From Candidatus Magasanikiibacteriota bacterium (GTDB lineage: Bacteria; Patescibacteriota; Patescibacteriia; Magasanikbacterales; GWA2-37-8), in assembly GCA_016182085.1 (NCBI GenBank), contig JACOYB010000005.1:1013-65012 (forward strand): a stretch of DNA of 64,000 nt, given 5' to 3'. Numbering within the stretch: the stretch's first letter is position 1; every line of letters starts with the position of its first letter. Under the pieces are notes generated by a model. It did no database searches. It was not told the DNA's origin and saw nothing but the letters and a program-made list of their open reading frames with translations. Made by a program: the position numbers and the translations under genes. Positions 38,904 through 48,741 of the stretch are shown here, in pieces.

Positions 38904-39308
38904 CTATTTCTTATGTCTCCCGATACCGGGGTTGGTATCCTCAAGTCCCACTTCCCAAGTTTTAGGTACGCCAACACTAGCAAAATCTTTGATCTTTCGC
39001 ATGTCGTTAATCCCCAATTTTGCGAGCTCCTGTATGAGCGCGGCTTTGTTAACTTTTTCATCACCTGAAACAACCTTAATACATATCTCTCTTATTCTTA
39101 ACCTTTCATAGCCCGGATCTTGTTTGGCGAGAGCCAGCATTTCCGCATCCTTAACCACATCAAAGCTATGCTTTAGACTGCTTCTGGCCGCAGCCCGATC
39201 TTCTTCACTTTTACCAAAAACAGCTGTAATAGCTAATTCAATTTTCACCCTTTGTCTTCCAATTTCTCTTGATCCTACTCCCATTCCTCCTTCAGATGAT
39301 TTTGCCAT
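38904..39308 (-). CDS. Hypothetical protein
   Basis: 134-aa ATG-started ORF; no motif recognised. Confidence 0.55.
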   Translation of the reverse strand: MAKSSEGGMGVGSREIGRQRVKIELAITAVFGKSEEDRAAARSSLKHSFDVVKDAEMLALAKQDPGYERLRIREICIKVVSGDEKVNKAALIQELAKLGINDMRKIKDFASVGVPKTWEVGLEDTNPGIGRHKK

Positions 39309-39390
39309 ATACGAAATGAGTGAGGTAAAAGTTAAATGTGTTTAACTTTTACCGAACGAATGAGTATATATGCGGCTTTAGCCCCTATAC
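39309..39390. repeat. Start-adjacent hairpin family copy
   Basis: ATACGAAATGAGTGA + perfect 13-bp stem GGTAAAAGTTAAA/TTTAACTTTTACC + GAACGAATGAGTATAT + GGCTTTAGCC. Confidence 0.78.
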
Positions 39391-39492
39391 ATTAAAATTC
39401 TAGTTATTTTTTATATTTCCTAGTGAGGTCATGCGAAAATTTATTTTCGTGATGGCCGAGCGACGGAAATTCAAGAAATGCCATAGCATTTC

Positions 39493-40176
39493 TTATTTTA
39501 TAATCGTACCATTAAACGGCTCACCGCTCAAGGCTTGGTTTAATAAATTTAAATTTGTGCCTTTTACAAACTTTACTGTTAACCCCAGTTTCTGCGCGGT
39601 TTTGGCTGCCACCGGATCAAACGGAAAATTTGCCCCCGGGCTCCATTTGTCGCCTATAATACCTCTCATTTCCTTCCAACTTAACTCTGACAGTGCCTTG
39701 GCGCCTGGATATTTTTTTGGATCAGCCGTATAGACATAATCAATATTAGACGCGTTAATCACTTCTTTAGCTCCATATGTTTTTGCCAGAAGCACAGCGT
39801 CGTGGTCGGTAGAACAGCCTGGCTTCCAACCCGCGGCCATAAGTATTGGCTTGGTGCTTTTAATTTTTTTTGTTGGGTTGGTAATGATTTCACTATGCGC
39901 GTAATCTTTAAATAAAAATCTTACAAATTCCGCGTTAAATATAGTGGATTTTATCCCCAACCAATCCAAATCCGCACTTGTCATAGACACAACTTGTCCG
40001 ACCGCATTTTGATAATTACGGCATGTCGCTCCCCCGCCGATTACCAGAATAAACTTCTCACCTTTTTTAACTCGTTCCACAATTAAATCACGCAGTTTTT
40101 TAAGAAATTCAATATCAAAACCGGTGGGAGGAATAATGATAGAACCGCCAATGGAAATAACTCTAAATTTGTTCAT
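39493..40176 (-). CDS. pyrH: Uridylate kinase, archaeal type
   Basis: ISIGGS, VIGGGATCRNYQ, GWKPGCSTDHDA, VYTADPKK, PFDPVAA. Confidence 0.9.
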   Translation of the reverse strand: MNKFRVISIGGSIIIPPTGFDIEFLKKLRDLIVERVKKGEKFILVIGGGATCRNYQNAVGQVVSMTSADLDWLGIKSTIFNAEFVRFLFKDYAHSEIITNPTKKIKSTKPILMAAGWKPGCSTDHDAVLLAKTYGAKEVINASNIDYVYTADPKKYPGAKALSELSWKEMRGIIGDKWSPGANFPFDPVAAKTAQKLGLTVKFVKGTNLNLLNQALSGEPFNGTIIK

Positions 40177-40315
40177 AAAAATTTTTCTTAATCTTGGGGT
40201 TATCTATCCTCGCTTTTTTATTAGCTACAAAAATCGCTTTATTTGCCTTAAACAAACTCGGCGTGCGATACGCGATTTTGCCTTTTTGCGCTCGATTGGA
40301 AGAATAATTTTTCAT
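40163..40315 (-). CDS. Putative 50-aa basic protein
   Basis: MKNYSSNRAQKGKIAYRTPSLFKANKAIFVANKKARIDNPKIKKNFYEQI fills the intergenic gap and overlaps the pyrH start. Confidence 0.4.
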   Translation of the reverse strand: MKNYSSNRAQKGKIAYRTPSLFKANKAIFVANKKARIDNPKIKKNFYEQI

Positions 40316-40330
40316 GCAGAGCTTTACTAC

Positions 40331-40684
40331 TTAACTATTGGTACTATTACTACTCTTAATTAACGAACTTACAGCCCAGCCCACCAACCACATAATTATT
40401 GCTCCCCAGAGCGCGGCCCAGAAACCTGACACATAAAAACCCTTAACAATAGTTGAGGCAAGTAAAAACATGGCTGCATTTATTACAAACGTAAAAAGCC
40501 CCAGGGTTAGAATATTTATTGGCAGTGTTAAGACAATAAGAAGCGGACGAATGAGGGCGTTAATAAGCCCCAAAATTAATGCTGCCACCAGCGCCGCGTA
40601 TACGCTCTCTACCACAATACCCGGCACCAGATAGGCCACGAACATTAGGGTTGCTGCACTCACCAACCATCTAAGAACTAACAT
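40331..40684 (-). CDS. YvlD/4-TMS phage-holin-family membrane protein
   Basis: LINALIRPLL..LTLPINILTLGLFTFVINA. Confidence 0.88.
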   Translation of the reverse strand: MLVLRWLVSAATLMFVAYLVPGIVVESVYAALVAALILGLINALIRPLLIVLTLPINILTLGLFTFVINAAMFLLASTIVKGFYVSGFWAALWGAIIMWLVGWAVSSLIKSSNSTNS

Positions 40685-40709
40685 ACAATTGCGATATTAA
40701 AAATTAAAT

Positions 40710-41306
40710 TTAACCTACTAATAATCTAAATAAGCCATTTATCAGCGGTGCAATAAGCTCAAACAAAAAGAAAACAAAAAATAATAAAATAATAAACCCA
40801 TATCGGTCTAGAAAATTCTTAATTTCATTCGCCGAGTTTGGCAATACGGCATACAAAACTTTTGATCCATCCAGCGGCGGGATCGGCACTAAATTAAATA
40901 TCATTAACATAATATTGGCATACACAATAATTGCTAAAATCTCAGCCAGACCCAGCGGCAGAGGCAAAAAGCGTATAAGCAAGGCAAATGCTACAGCCAA
41001 AAGAAGGTTGGCGGCTGGTCCGGCCAGCGCCACCATAACCGGCCCCCATTTCTGATTTTTTAAATTATACGGGTTATACGGCACGGGTTTGGCATACGCA
41101 AATAAAAATCTACCGCCCGTGAGAATTGAAAGCATTATTGGCATTAAAATCGTACCCCAGGGGTCTATGTGGGCCATGGGGTTTACAGTCAGTCTTCCGG
41201 CATGACGGGCGGTAGGGTCGCCAAGCATATCTGCCACCCAGCCATGAGCATATTCATGGATAATCGCCGAAGGCACAATGACCAAAAAATAAAAGATAAA
41301 GTCCAT
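40710..41306 (-). CDS. Site-2 protease (M50)
   Basis: HEYAHG, GDPTA, NPMAHID, AGPAAN, FNLVPIPPLDG. Confidence 0.92.
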   Translation of the reverse strand: MDFIFYFLVIVPSAIIHEYAHGWVADMLGDPTARHAGRLTVNPMAHIDPWGTILMPIMLSILTGGRFLFAYAKPVPYNPYNLKNQKWGPVMVALAGPAANLLLAVAFALLIRFLPLPLGLAEILAIIVYANIMLMIFNLVPIPPLDGSKVLYAVLPNSANEIKNFLDRYGFIILLFFVFFLFELIAPLINGLFRLLVG

Positions 41307-41394
41307 ACGTAACAGAGTTGACAAAACTTAAGTAGTAGCGTATACTGTAACCATTGTATTTAAGTATACTTAAAAAATCTTAAAGTTTCAACAT

Positions 41395-41571
41395 ATGTCC
41401 CGAGCTTGCTCTATTTGTGAAAAATCGGCTGTTCGCGCCAACCACGTGAGCCATTCCAATCGCAAAGTACCGCGCAGACAAAATCCAAACTTACAGTTGG
41501 TTAGAGTAGACGGCAAAAGTATCAAAGCCTGCTCCACCTGCCGCCGTACGATGGTAAAAAAGTTGGCCTAA
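41395..41571 (+). CDS. rpmB: 50S ribosomal protein L28
   Basis: MSRACSICEK..NHVSHSNRKVPRRQNPNLQ..CSTC, manual translation; promoter TTGACA-17-TATACT at 41318-41346. Confidence 0.93.
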   Translation: MSRACSICEKSAVRANHVSHSNRKVPRRQNPNLQLVRVDGKSIKACSTCRRTMVKKLA

Positions 41572-41580
41572 AATCTTCAT

Positions 41581-41622
41581 AAAAATAAAAACCGCTTGAA
41601 TTATCAGGCGGTTTTTATTTTC
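41581..41622 (+). terminator. Intrinsic terminator after rpmB
   Basis: AAAATAAAAACCGC..GCGGTTTTTATTTT. Confidence 0.75.
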
Positions 41623-41740
41623 TATCAAAAAACTAATTGACAGTATTTAAAAAATACTATTACATACATAATATCTTTCGGTTGAACTAGTCCGCACCAA
41701 CAACGCGGGTTGGTTTCAACCCGAGAAACGGAGACAGGTT

Positions 41741-41926
41741 ATGGACAAGAAAAAGACTTCTCACCAAGTGACTTTACTCTTCTGCCTTACCTACGCGACC
41801 GCAACTGTTGCTATGCTGGTAAAAAAACAGTTCGTCTGGTCTGCCGTATTCGCTTCAGTAGGCGTTCTTCATTTTCTAGCCGCTATTACAGTGATCGCTC
41901 TTACTTCTAAAAAGAAAGGGCGGTAG
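41741..41926 (+). CDS. 61-aa two-helix hydrophobic peptide with basic ends
   Basis: GGAG SD, upstream TTGACA at 41637, downstream hairpin GCCGGCA/TGCCGGC + T-run. Confidence 0.6.
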   Translation: MDKKKTSHQVTLLFCLTYATATVAMLVKKQFVWSAVFASVGVLHFLAAITVIALTSKKKGR

Positions 41927-42009
41927 AATTCCTGTTTCCGCAACCCGCCGGCACCTATAAATGCCGGCGTTGATTTTTTACCAAACACAAGATATAATGC
42001 CCAATAATT

Positions 42010-42084
<75 letters not shown>

Positions 42085-42086
42085 AA

Positions 42087-42674
42087 TTATCTAAAACTTA
42101 TTTCTACCTCTCTATTTCCCGCGATAAGTTTTACCAATCTCTCAATTTCTTTTTTGGTATTTTCTTTGGCTTCATTTTGAACCACATCGCTTTTGGCCGC
42201 AGCCAGGGCCGCCTCTTTTAATTTAGCATAAGCGGCATTATAGCCATCATCGTTATTAAAAATCTTTTTGAAGATCCCTTGTTTGTTTTGGAGGGTGATA
42301 TCGCCGATTAGCTCTACTCCGTGATCCTCAAGGGATGGCAAGCTAGCCGTAACGGTGCGAGCATCAACCGTAATATCTTCAGGTGAAATTTTGTTTAGAT
42401 CTACCCCCAAACTCGCTTTCATCGTACCCATAGCCACGATATCTTGACCCCAAAAAAAGTCTTTAAACGCGCTGCCCGTGGAGCGGTCTATGGTAATCTG
42501 CTGGGTAATAATATATGTTTCGGTAACCAAAAATCCTTCATGCTTTAACGCTTGCACGATAGATTGTGAACTTACCTGCTCACCCGGTTGATTTGGTTTG
42601 CCAAGACGGTAGCCGACAAAAAGACTTGCAGCTACGATTACTAAGACACCGATAGTTATTAATTTGTTTTTCAT
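42087..42674 (-). CDS. DUF4230-like membrane-anchored protein
   Basis: N-terminal TM; GTMKASLGVDLNKI, EAKENTKKEIERL. Confidence 0.7.
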   Translation of the reverse strand: MKNKLITIGVLVIVAASLFVGYRLGKPNQPGEQVSSQSIVQALKHEGFLVTETYIITQQITIDRSTGSAFKDFFWGQDIVAMGTMKASLGVDLNKISPEDITVDARTVTASLPSLEDHGVELIGDITLQNKQGIFKKIFNNDDGYNAAYAKLKEAALAAAKSDVVQNEAKENTKKEIERLVKLIAGNREVEISFR

Positions 42675-42938
42675 ACAACTTAGTTTAGTTCATCCGGATG
42701 AACCATCTTGCTTCGCATAAATAAAGAAACCGTAATCATTATTAATATTATCTAAAATTGATATTTAATGTAACACAGACCATTATCTTTGCCAAGTTAT
42801 TTTATAAAAACAAAAAACCGCCTGCTCACTAGTTTCCACATCGGTGAAAAATAATGAGCATAGCGGCGGTCTTGTGTTGACCTCCGCCATGCTTACTCCC
42901 AAAGAGTCAAGCGAAGCGAAGGTCTGATTGCGACCGGT

Positions 42939-43382
42939 TCAGTTTGCGGTAGCCTGCTGGTACCGGACCGCAGACGGACGACGACGGCCTGAAGAAAACA
43001 GCATCGTCTTCACCACAGGTGGAGTCGGAGGCTGAGCCACCAGCTCGGGCATCGTGAACGAGCAACGCATCAGAATGACCCAGACCGGATCAGGCTTCAC
43101 CCCTCCCTGCAACTTCAGGGCCGCGGCGGTAGCATGACGATCTGTCACCACCTCGCCTGTCGTGGCAGTGACGAGCTGCACGTCGCGCATCACCCTCATC
43201 AAGAGGTAAGCGTGACGCTGCTGCTGAGCGCGAGAGTCAGCGCGATGATTGGGAATATCGCCGTAGCGCACCTTCCCAACATGGAACTGACGGGCGCCTT
43301 TCCCACCCTCTGAGTCACGTGACATCACGACGCAGACCACTTCTACGTCGTCCTGCGAACGCTTGGTTGACCGTTTCTTCAT
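42939..43382 (-). CDS. GC-rich orphan protein (147 aa, MKKRSTKRS...)
   Basis: SD AAGGGGGG before ATG at 43382; ~63% GC in a sampled 60-mer. Confidence 0.6.
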   Translation of the reverse strand: MKKRSTKRSQDDVEVVCVVMSRDSEGGKGARQFHVGKVRYGDIPNHRADSRAQQQRHAYLLMRVMRDVQLVTATTGEVVTDRHATAAALKLQGGVKPDPVWVILMRCSFTMPELVAQPPTPPVVKTMLFSSGRRRPSAVRYQQATAN

Positions 43383-43407
43383 GGTTCCCCCCTTGTGAAG
43401 ATTGGGC

Positions 43408-43596
43408 CTACCGACGACCCGAGCGGGAACCGCCCGGCATGGTTCCCCGACGACCATAGTCGCCCGGGGGACGGTTGTGGAAGGCATCCTTCTGACGCCG
43501 GATTCCAGCCTCGGTGTCATCGCCGGACGGATCATCCGTCTCGTTGCGCGCTTCCTCGATCGAGATGTTGGAAGAGTGACCATTCCATCGATTCAT
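43408..43596 (-). CDS. GC-rich orphan peptide (62 aa, acidic then Arg/Gly-rich)
   Basis: SD GAGGGG upstream; promoter TTGACA-17-TATACT at 43802-43830. Confidence 0.5.
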   Translation of the reverse strand: MNRWNGHSSNISIEEARNETDDPSGDDTEAGIRRQKDAFHNRPPGDYGRRGTMPGGSRSGRR

Positions 43597-43880
43597 GTGG
43601 AGTTTCCCCTCAGCCTTAACCGGTGAAAATCAAGCAAAGAAATTCCAAATGGAATGCCTTAAGCGGCCTGCAAAACCGCACTCGCGACTCTGCACTTCCA
43701 TACTTGCACCGATCTGCGTACTGCATACCTGGATTTCAGATATAAAATACGCAGACCGGTAAAAAATTTAAAAATATTTTATCTGTAAAAGAGCTTGCAA
43801 CAGTATACGTTAAAAAACAAATTTTGTCAATAAAAATAAGAATCGCTCCTTCTACGGCCGAGCGACCCTCCTCACGAGCT

Positions 43881-44963
43881 CTAAAGTTCCACTAGTGTAT
43901 TTTCTCCCAAAATCATTTTTTGATGCCCCGATTCATTTTTTGTCACCAGTACATCCGAACCAATAATACTTTCTCTAAGTTTAATATCACAATCAATGGT
44001 GCATTTATTTAAGATGATTGAATCTTTAATTTCTGCTTTGCGAATCTTAGTGCCCGCGCCAAGTGTAGTATTGGGACTAATTATACAATCTTCCAGGGTG
44101 CAGTTTTCACCAATAAGCACCGGGCCGGTAATTGTAACGTTTTTATTTACGGTCGTACCTACGCCAATTCTCACGTTACCGCTTATGCGCGCTCCAGATT
44201 CAACAGTCCCTTCAATTTTAAAATTTTCGGCTGGGATTTCTTTAAGCAACAATTCGCTGGCCAGAATTAGATCTTCCGGTTTACCGGTATCCTTCCACCA
44301 GCCGGTAATTTCTTTATATCCGACTTTAAAATTATTTTTTAATAAATCCGAGTGAATGCTGGAAATTTCATATTCTCCCCTCTCGCTTTTCTCAATATTA
44401 TTGAAAGCTTTAAAAAATACGCCCGGACCATATAAATAAATACCGGTAACCGCAAAATTATTAGGAGGAGTTGCGGGTTTTTCTAAAACATCCGTTAACT
44501 TGCCGCTGGCATCTAACACCGGCACGCCAAATCGTTCCGGATCCGGCACTTGCGACAGAGCCAGCATGCAATCGTAGTTGCCTTCTATAAATTCATCTAC
44601 AAAATCTTTGAGACTGCCTAAAATAACATTATCCGATAGATAAAATAAAAACGGATCATTGCCGATAAACTTTTCGGCCTGTTTTACTACATGGGCAACC
44701 CCTTGCGGCCCACCCTCCTGCTCAAAGAATATAATCTTTATCCCCCAATGACCGCCATCACCGATATATTTTTGCAATTCCGTTTCCCCAGGATTGGTAT
44801 TGATAAAGATCTCTTCCACACCGGCATTTACCGCCTTTTCAATCGCATGAAAAATCATCGGCTTGTTGGCCAGCGGAATTAAATGTTTGTTCATGGTGGA
44901 GGTTACGGGCCTCAGTCGTGTCGCCCTACCGCCTCCGGTTAATATCGCTTTTTTAATTTTCAT
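43881..44963 (-). CDS. rmlA: Glucose-1-phosphate thymidylyltransferase, long form
   Basis: GGRATRLRP, KHLIPLANKPMI, LEKP, SERGEYEI, WWKDTG, hexapeptide tail. Confidence 0.88.
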   Translation of the reverse strand: MKIKKAILTGGGRATRLRPVTSTMNKHLIPLANKPMIFHAIEKAVNAGVEEIFINTNPGETELQKYIGDGGHWGIKIIFFEQEGGPQGVAHVVKQAEKFIGNDPFLFYLSDNVILGSLKDFVDEFIEGNYDCMLALSQVPDPERFGVPVLDASGKLTDVLEKPATPPNNFAVTGIYLYGPGVFFKAFNNIEKSERGEYEISSIHSDLLKNNFKVGYKEITGWWKDTGKPEDLILASELLLKEIPAENFKIEGTVESGARISGNVRIGVGTTVNKNVTITGPVLIGENCTLEDCIISPNTTLGAGTKIRKAEIKDSIILNKCTIDCDIKLRESIIGSDVLVTKNESGHQKMILGENTLVEL

Positions 44964-44975
44964 ATGATTGAAACC

Positions 44976-46067
44976 CTACCAAAAAATTATCCGTTTGGCA
45001 ATAAACCAATAGGCCGTCATAAGCGGATTGGCAATATACTTAAGCAAAGGATTGTTAATATCTTTTTCCTCAAAAATTACTTTGCTCGCGGCCATTTTCA
45101 AAATTTCCTTGTCTGTGACTTTACGAATAGATTGGATATGTTTACGCTTTTCCAGCCATAAATCCCAATGTTTCGGATCAAGCCAGTAAGCATAAATACT
45201 CATCCGCACTTTAAACCAACCGGTCATGATGGAAAAAAGAATCAATCCAAATTCCATAATTATGGCCATGGGCAAAAGCAGAATTAAAGTCGTCCATTTA
45301 AAATACATAAGCATTACGCCGTAACGGTTTCTTTCCATATAATAAAACTTGTCCTGGTTGCGGCTAAATTGATATTTATGATAAAAAATCGCGTCCCGGA
45401 CGATACAGACTTTATAACCCACCGCTCTCATACGCAATGAATATTCCAAATCTTCATGATACAAAAAAAAGTCTTTATCCCAGACGCCATACTCTTTAAG
45501 TAATTTAGCACGCATTAAAATTGATGCGCCGCTGGCATAGCCTACTTCTTCTATTTCCCTTAATTTTAAATCGCTTTTTTTGCGCCTGAAGCTGCCGCAA
45601 TAACCAAAGCCTAGGTAATGAAACGAATTGCCGGCGGTATTTACCAATTCTGTTTCCGGGTATAGCAGAAGCAAAGACTGGGCGGCACCAATTTTCTGAT
45701 CGTTTTCCAAAGCCGCCACCAATTTTTCTATACAATTGGCGGCCATAAAGCCATCATTATTATGGAAATAAATATATTCAAAACCGTGTTCCAAAGCCCA
45801 GGCAATGCCTACATTATTACCACCGGCGAATCCGAGATTTTCTTTTTGCGGCAGAAGCGTAACATGCGGGATACTTTGTCCGGAAATAGGCAGTAGTTTT
45901 TCTTCTAAGTTTCTCATTGAACTTCCGAACTTCGGATGCGGGTTATCTACAACCACAAACTCTACCATATCTTTGGGATAGGTAATTTTTTCTAAAGACG
46001 AAACCACATCGTCCAAATAGATGTCCGAGTTAAACGAAAGGTAAATAATTGCCACTTTTGGACTCAT
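44976..46067 (-). CDS. GT2 glycosyltransferase
   Basis: NLGFAGGNN, HNND, FFLYHEDLE. Confidence 0.9.
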   Translation of the reverse strand: MSPKVAIIYLSFNSDIYLDDVVSSLEKITYPKDMVEFVVVDNPHPKFGSSMRNLEEKLLPISGQSIPHVTLLPQKENLGFAGGNNVGIAWALEHGFEYIYFHNNDGFMAANCIEKLVAALENDQKIGAAQSLLLLYPETELVNTAGNSFHYLGFGYCGSFRRKKSDLKLREIEEVGYASGASILMRAKLLKEYGVWDKDFFLYHEDLEYSLRMRAVGYKVCIVRDAIFYHKYQFSRNQDKFYYMERNRYGVMLMYFKWTTLILLLPMAIIMEFGLILFSIMTGWFKVRMSIYAYWLDPKHWDLWLEKRKHIQSIRKVTDKEILKMAASKVIFEEKDINNPLLKYIANPLMTAYWFIAKRIIFW

Positions 46068-46069
46068 AT

Positions 46070-46918
46070 TTAGTGAGGAAAATGTTTAAAATTATGACGC
46101 CATTTCCACATATATTGCAGCCAGCTCTGCAAATGAATGCGGGCCAGCTTGTTTTTTATAAGCGCCTTAAAAATACCGGGTACCTTAGCTGAATCACGAT
46201 TATATTTATGCGTAATTATAATATCATGCACGTAATATATTGGCCAACCATTATTCCACATCGTGCGGCACCAGTCGCTGTCTTCCAGGTACATAAAATA
46301 CTGCTCATCAAACCAGCCAACTTGATCTATGGCTTCCTTGCGCACGACCATGGCCGCCCCAAGCACCCAATCTACCGGTCGAGTGGAATTATGATCAAAA
46401 TCTTTCATGAGCAGCCAGTCGGAAAACTTTCTTACCCAGCTGTATTTTTTATCAAAATTTATTTGTTTAAGCGGCTTGATAAGCATTGACTGCAAATCAA
46501 ATCTATAACAAGAATACTGCAGCGTACCGTCAATATTTAACAGCTTGGTGCCAATACAGCCAATCTTTGGGTGCTCGTCCATGAATTTTATTACTCGCTC
46601 TATAACATGAGAATTTTCGGGAATAACCGTATCCGGATTTAAGGCAAAGTAATATCGAGCCGGGATGGATTTAAAACCCATCGTGTTGCCTTTGCCAAAA
46701 CCTACATTACCGCCACAGTCCACATAGTTTACCAAAGGAAATTGCCCGTCCAAGGCTTCTTTTATGCCATCCTGATTTTGTGAGTTGTCAGCTACGGTAA
46801 CTTGAACGGCATACGGACAATTAGATATATCATTAAAAACTGAAGCCACGGCATGCAAAATGTCGTCTTTCATCAAATAGTTTACAAAAACTATATTTAT
46901 GTCCTTTAATTCCACCAT
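46070..46918 (-). CDS. GT2 glycosyltransferase (WbbL-like)
   Basis: NVGFGKGN, LNPD, WVLGA, YFMYLEDSDW. Confidence 0.9.
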   Translation of the reverse strand: MVELKDINIVFVNYLMKDDILHAVASVFNDISNCPYAVQVTVADNSQNQDGIKEALDGQFPLVNYVDCGGNVGFGKGNTMGFKSIPARYYFALNPDTVIPENSHVIERVIKFMDEHPKIGCIGTKLLNIDGTLQYSCYRFDLQSMLIKPLKQINFDKKYSWVRKFSDWLLMKDFDHNSTRPVDWVLGAAMVVRKEAIDQVGWFDEQYFMYLEDSDWCRTMWNNGWPIYYVHDIIITHKYNRDSAKVPGIFKALIKNKLARIHLQSWLQYMWKWRHNFKHFPH

Positions 46919-47943
46919 ACACGCACTTGTTTCCAGTCTACTTTTCTTAACTGTTTAATATATTTCCTTTTTCCAACTAAATTATAGGCAAAAACTTCCT
47001 TTAAACCGGCCAAAACCTGCCTATCAAATAACAAAAAATATACGAACTTCTTTAGTTCATACCATAAAATCCACGGAAGATCAAGAATAAAGTTCTGCCA
47101 GTATTCATTTTTATAGAGGGACGCTATATGGTTTTTATAGCTATGATACTTGACGAGTTCTGATTGAGACTGTTTATTTATAAGTGCCGCAACATCGCCA
47201 GCTTGTTTAGAACCAGCTGCGGAACGATCGTGAAATGCCAGGGCATCAAGCAGCACACAGGCCATATTACCCGAAGCGATTAACCGGTACGCCAAATCCA
47301 CATCTTCTTTATACGAATGGTAACTTTCATCAAAAATAGTTCCATCTTCATACAAAATACCTTTAATTATAGACCTCCTAAACACGGGCAACGCCCCAGA
47401 AATACCAAATACCTGAAATACGTTCCCTTGCCCCAAGAGTTCATCCGAAATTTCCAGCCAGTCCGCTTGAGCATACTGCTCAACCACGCGACGATTCCGA
47501 TATACTTTGAGCCCTAAACTATCTACTTGATCGGTAAAACTGTTTTGCAAACCATGTTGAATATTGTTGAAATTCCATTTCATCAGACGCGGCGAAACTG
47601 CGGCAACATCGGCATGAGAATCTAAAAATTTTATAATCCGCTCTAAACAATCCGGCATCAAATACATATCCTGATTTAACATCAAAAAATATTCTGTATC
47701 TGTTTTTTTAAAGGCCAGATTTTGTCCGCCGGCAAATCCCAAATTTTCTTTATTCTCAATAATTTGATATGTAACTGGAAAGTTTTCGAGCTCTTTTTTT
47801 ATTAATTCTAGGGTATTATCTGTGGAATTATTATCAATTACCAAAAGCTGCCAATCCAAAAAGGTTTGCTTTCGCAACGAATCAAACAAATGCGGCACAT
47901 ACTTGGCGCCATTCCAAACAACTAGGTGTATTGATAAACGCAT
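46906..47943 (-). CDS. GT2 glycosyltransferase
   Basis: IDNNSTD, NLGFAGGQN, LNQD, YKEDVDL. Confidence 0.9.
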   Translation of the reverse strand: MRLSIHLVVWNGAKYVPHLFDSLRKQTFLDWQLLVIDNNSTDNTLELIKKELENFPVTYQIIENKENLGFAGGQNLAFKKTDTEYFLMLNQDMYLMPDCLERIIKFLDSHADVAAVSPRLMKWNFNNIQHGLQNSFTDQVDSLGLKVYRNRRVVEQYAQADWLEISDELLGQGNVFQVFGISGALPVFRRSIIKGILYEDGTIFDESYHSYKEDVDLAYRLIASGNMACVLLDALAFHDRSAAGSKQAGDVAALINKQSQSELVKYHSYKNHIASLYKNEYWQNFILDLPWILWYELKKFVYFLLFDRQVLAGLKEVFAYNLVGKRKYIKQLRKVDWKQVRVWWN

Positions 47944-47949
47944 AATAGA

Positions 47950-48723
47950 TCAAAAACCCCACTTCTTAAAATACCGATACATGCTTTTTATAAATTGCTT
48001 CTGCTTCCAGAAAGTGCTTCTTTCTTTAAAACTCTGCCCAACGTAATCTACGCAGGAAATAATCGGGGTATGCATTACCTTAAACCCTAATCTTTTTACT
48101 TCTTTGCAAAGATCCACATCTTCAAACCAAATATAATACCTGGGGTCAAACGCCCAGCCTAATCTTTCGTAAATTTCTCGGCGCATCATCATAAATGATC
48201 CGCGAACCGAATCTACTTCCTGTTCTACATCCGGATTAAAATCCTTAAACAAATACCTGTCATTTATATGAGGAAAAATATGAGGTAATTTTAAAACAAC
48301 TGCCAGCTGATCCCACAGCCCCGGGAAACGCCTCGGTTGGGCATCTTGGTTTATATAACCATGTTCGTCTACCAATTTACAACTGGCCAAGCCAACATCT
48401 GGATGATTTTTCATCCAGTCTAGCATGATATTCAAAGACCCTTCCGCCGCACGCATATCTGGATTCAAAAAAAGCAAAAATTCGCCCCGCGCGAGTTTGG
48501 CAGCCATATTATTTGCCGCGGCAAAACCGACATTTTTAAAATTTTTTAACAATTTAATTTCGGGAAAATTTTTTGATACAACTTCCGTCGTGTTATCCGT
48601 GGAAGCATTGTCTACAATAAACTGTTCAAAACTAATATTCTTGCAGCTGGCTTTAACGGATTTTATCTGATCCGCAATTAAATTCGCGCTATTCCAAGTT
48701 ACGGTGATCACGCTTAGCTGCAT
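47950..48723 (-). CDS. GT2 glycosyltransferase
   Basis: VDNASTD, NVGFAAANN, LNPD, WFEDVDLC. Confidence 0.9.
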   Translation of the reverse strand: MQLSVITVTWNSANLIADQIKSVKASCKNISFEQFIVDNASTDNTTEVVSKNFPEIKLLKNFKNVGFAAANNMAAKLARGEFLLFLNPDMRAAEGSLNIMLDWMKNHPDVGLASCKLVDEHGYINQDAQPRRFPGLWDQLAVVLKLPHIFPHINDRYLFKDFNPDVEQEVDSVRGSFMMMRREIYERLGWAFDPRYYIWFEDVDLCKEVKRLGFKVMHTPIISCVDYVGQSFKERSTFWKQKQFIKSMYRYFKKWGF

Positions 48724-48741
48724 ACGCTATTTTATAAAAAA

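Noticed and set aside
40331-40684. Prophage suggested by the holin-family gene
   Set aside because: YvlD-type genes are common chromosomal genes and no phage genes are nearby
43383-43583. 214-aa version of the GC-rich ORF
   Set aside because: An internal ATG with a strong SD and a separate SD-led 62-aa ORF in another frame explain the region better
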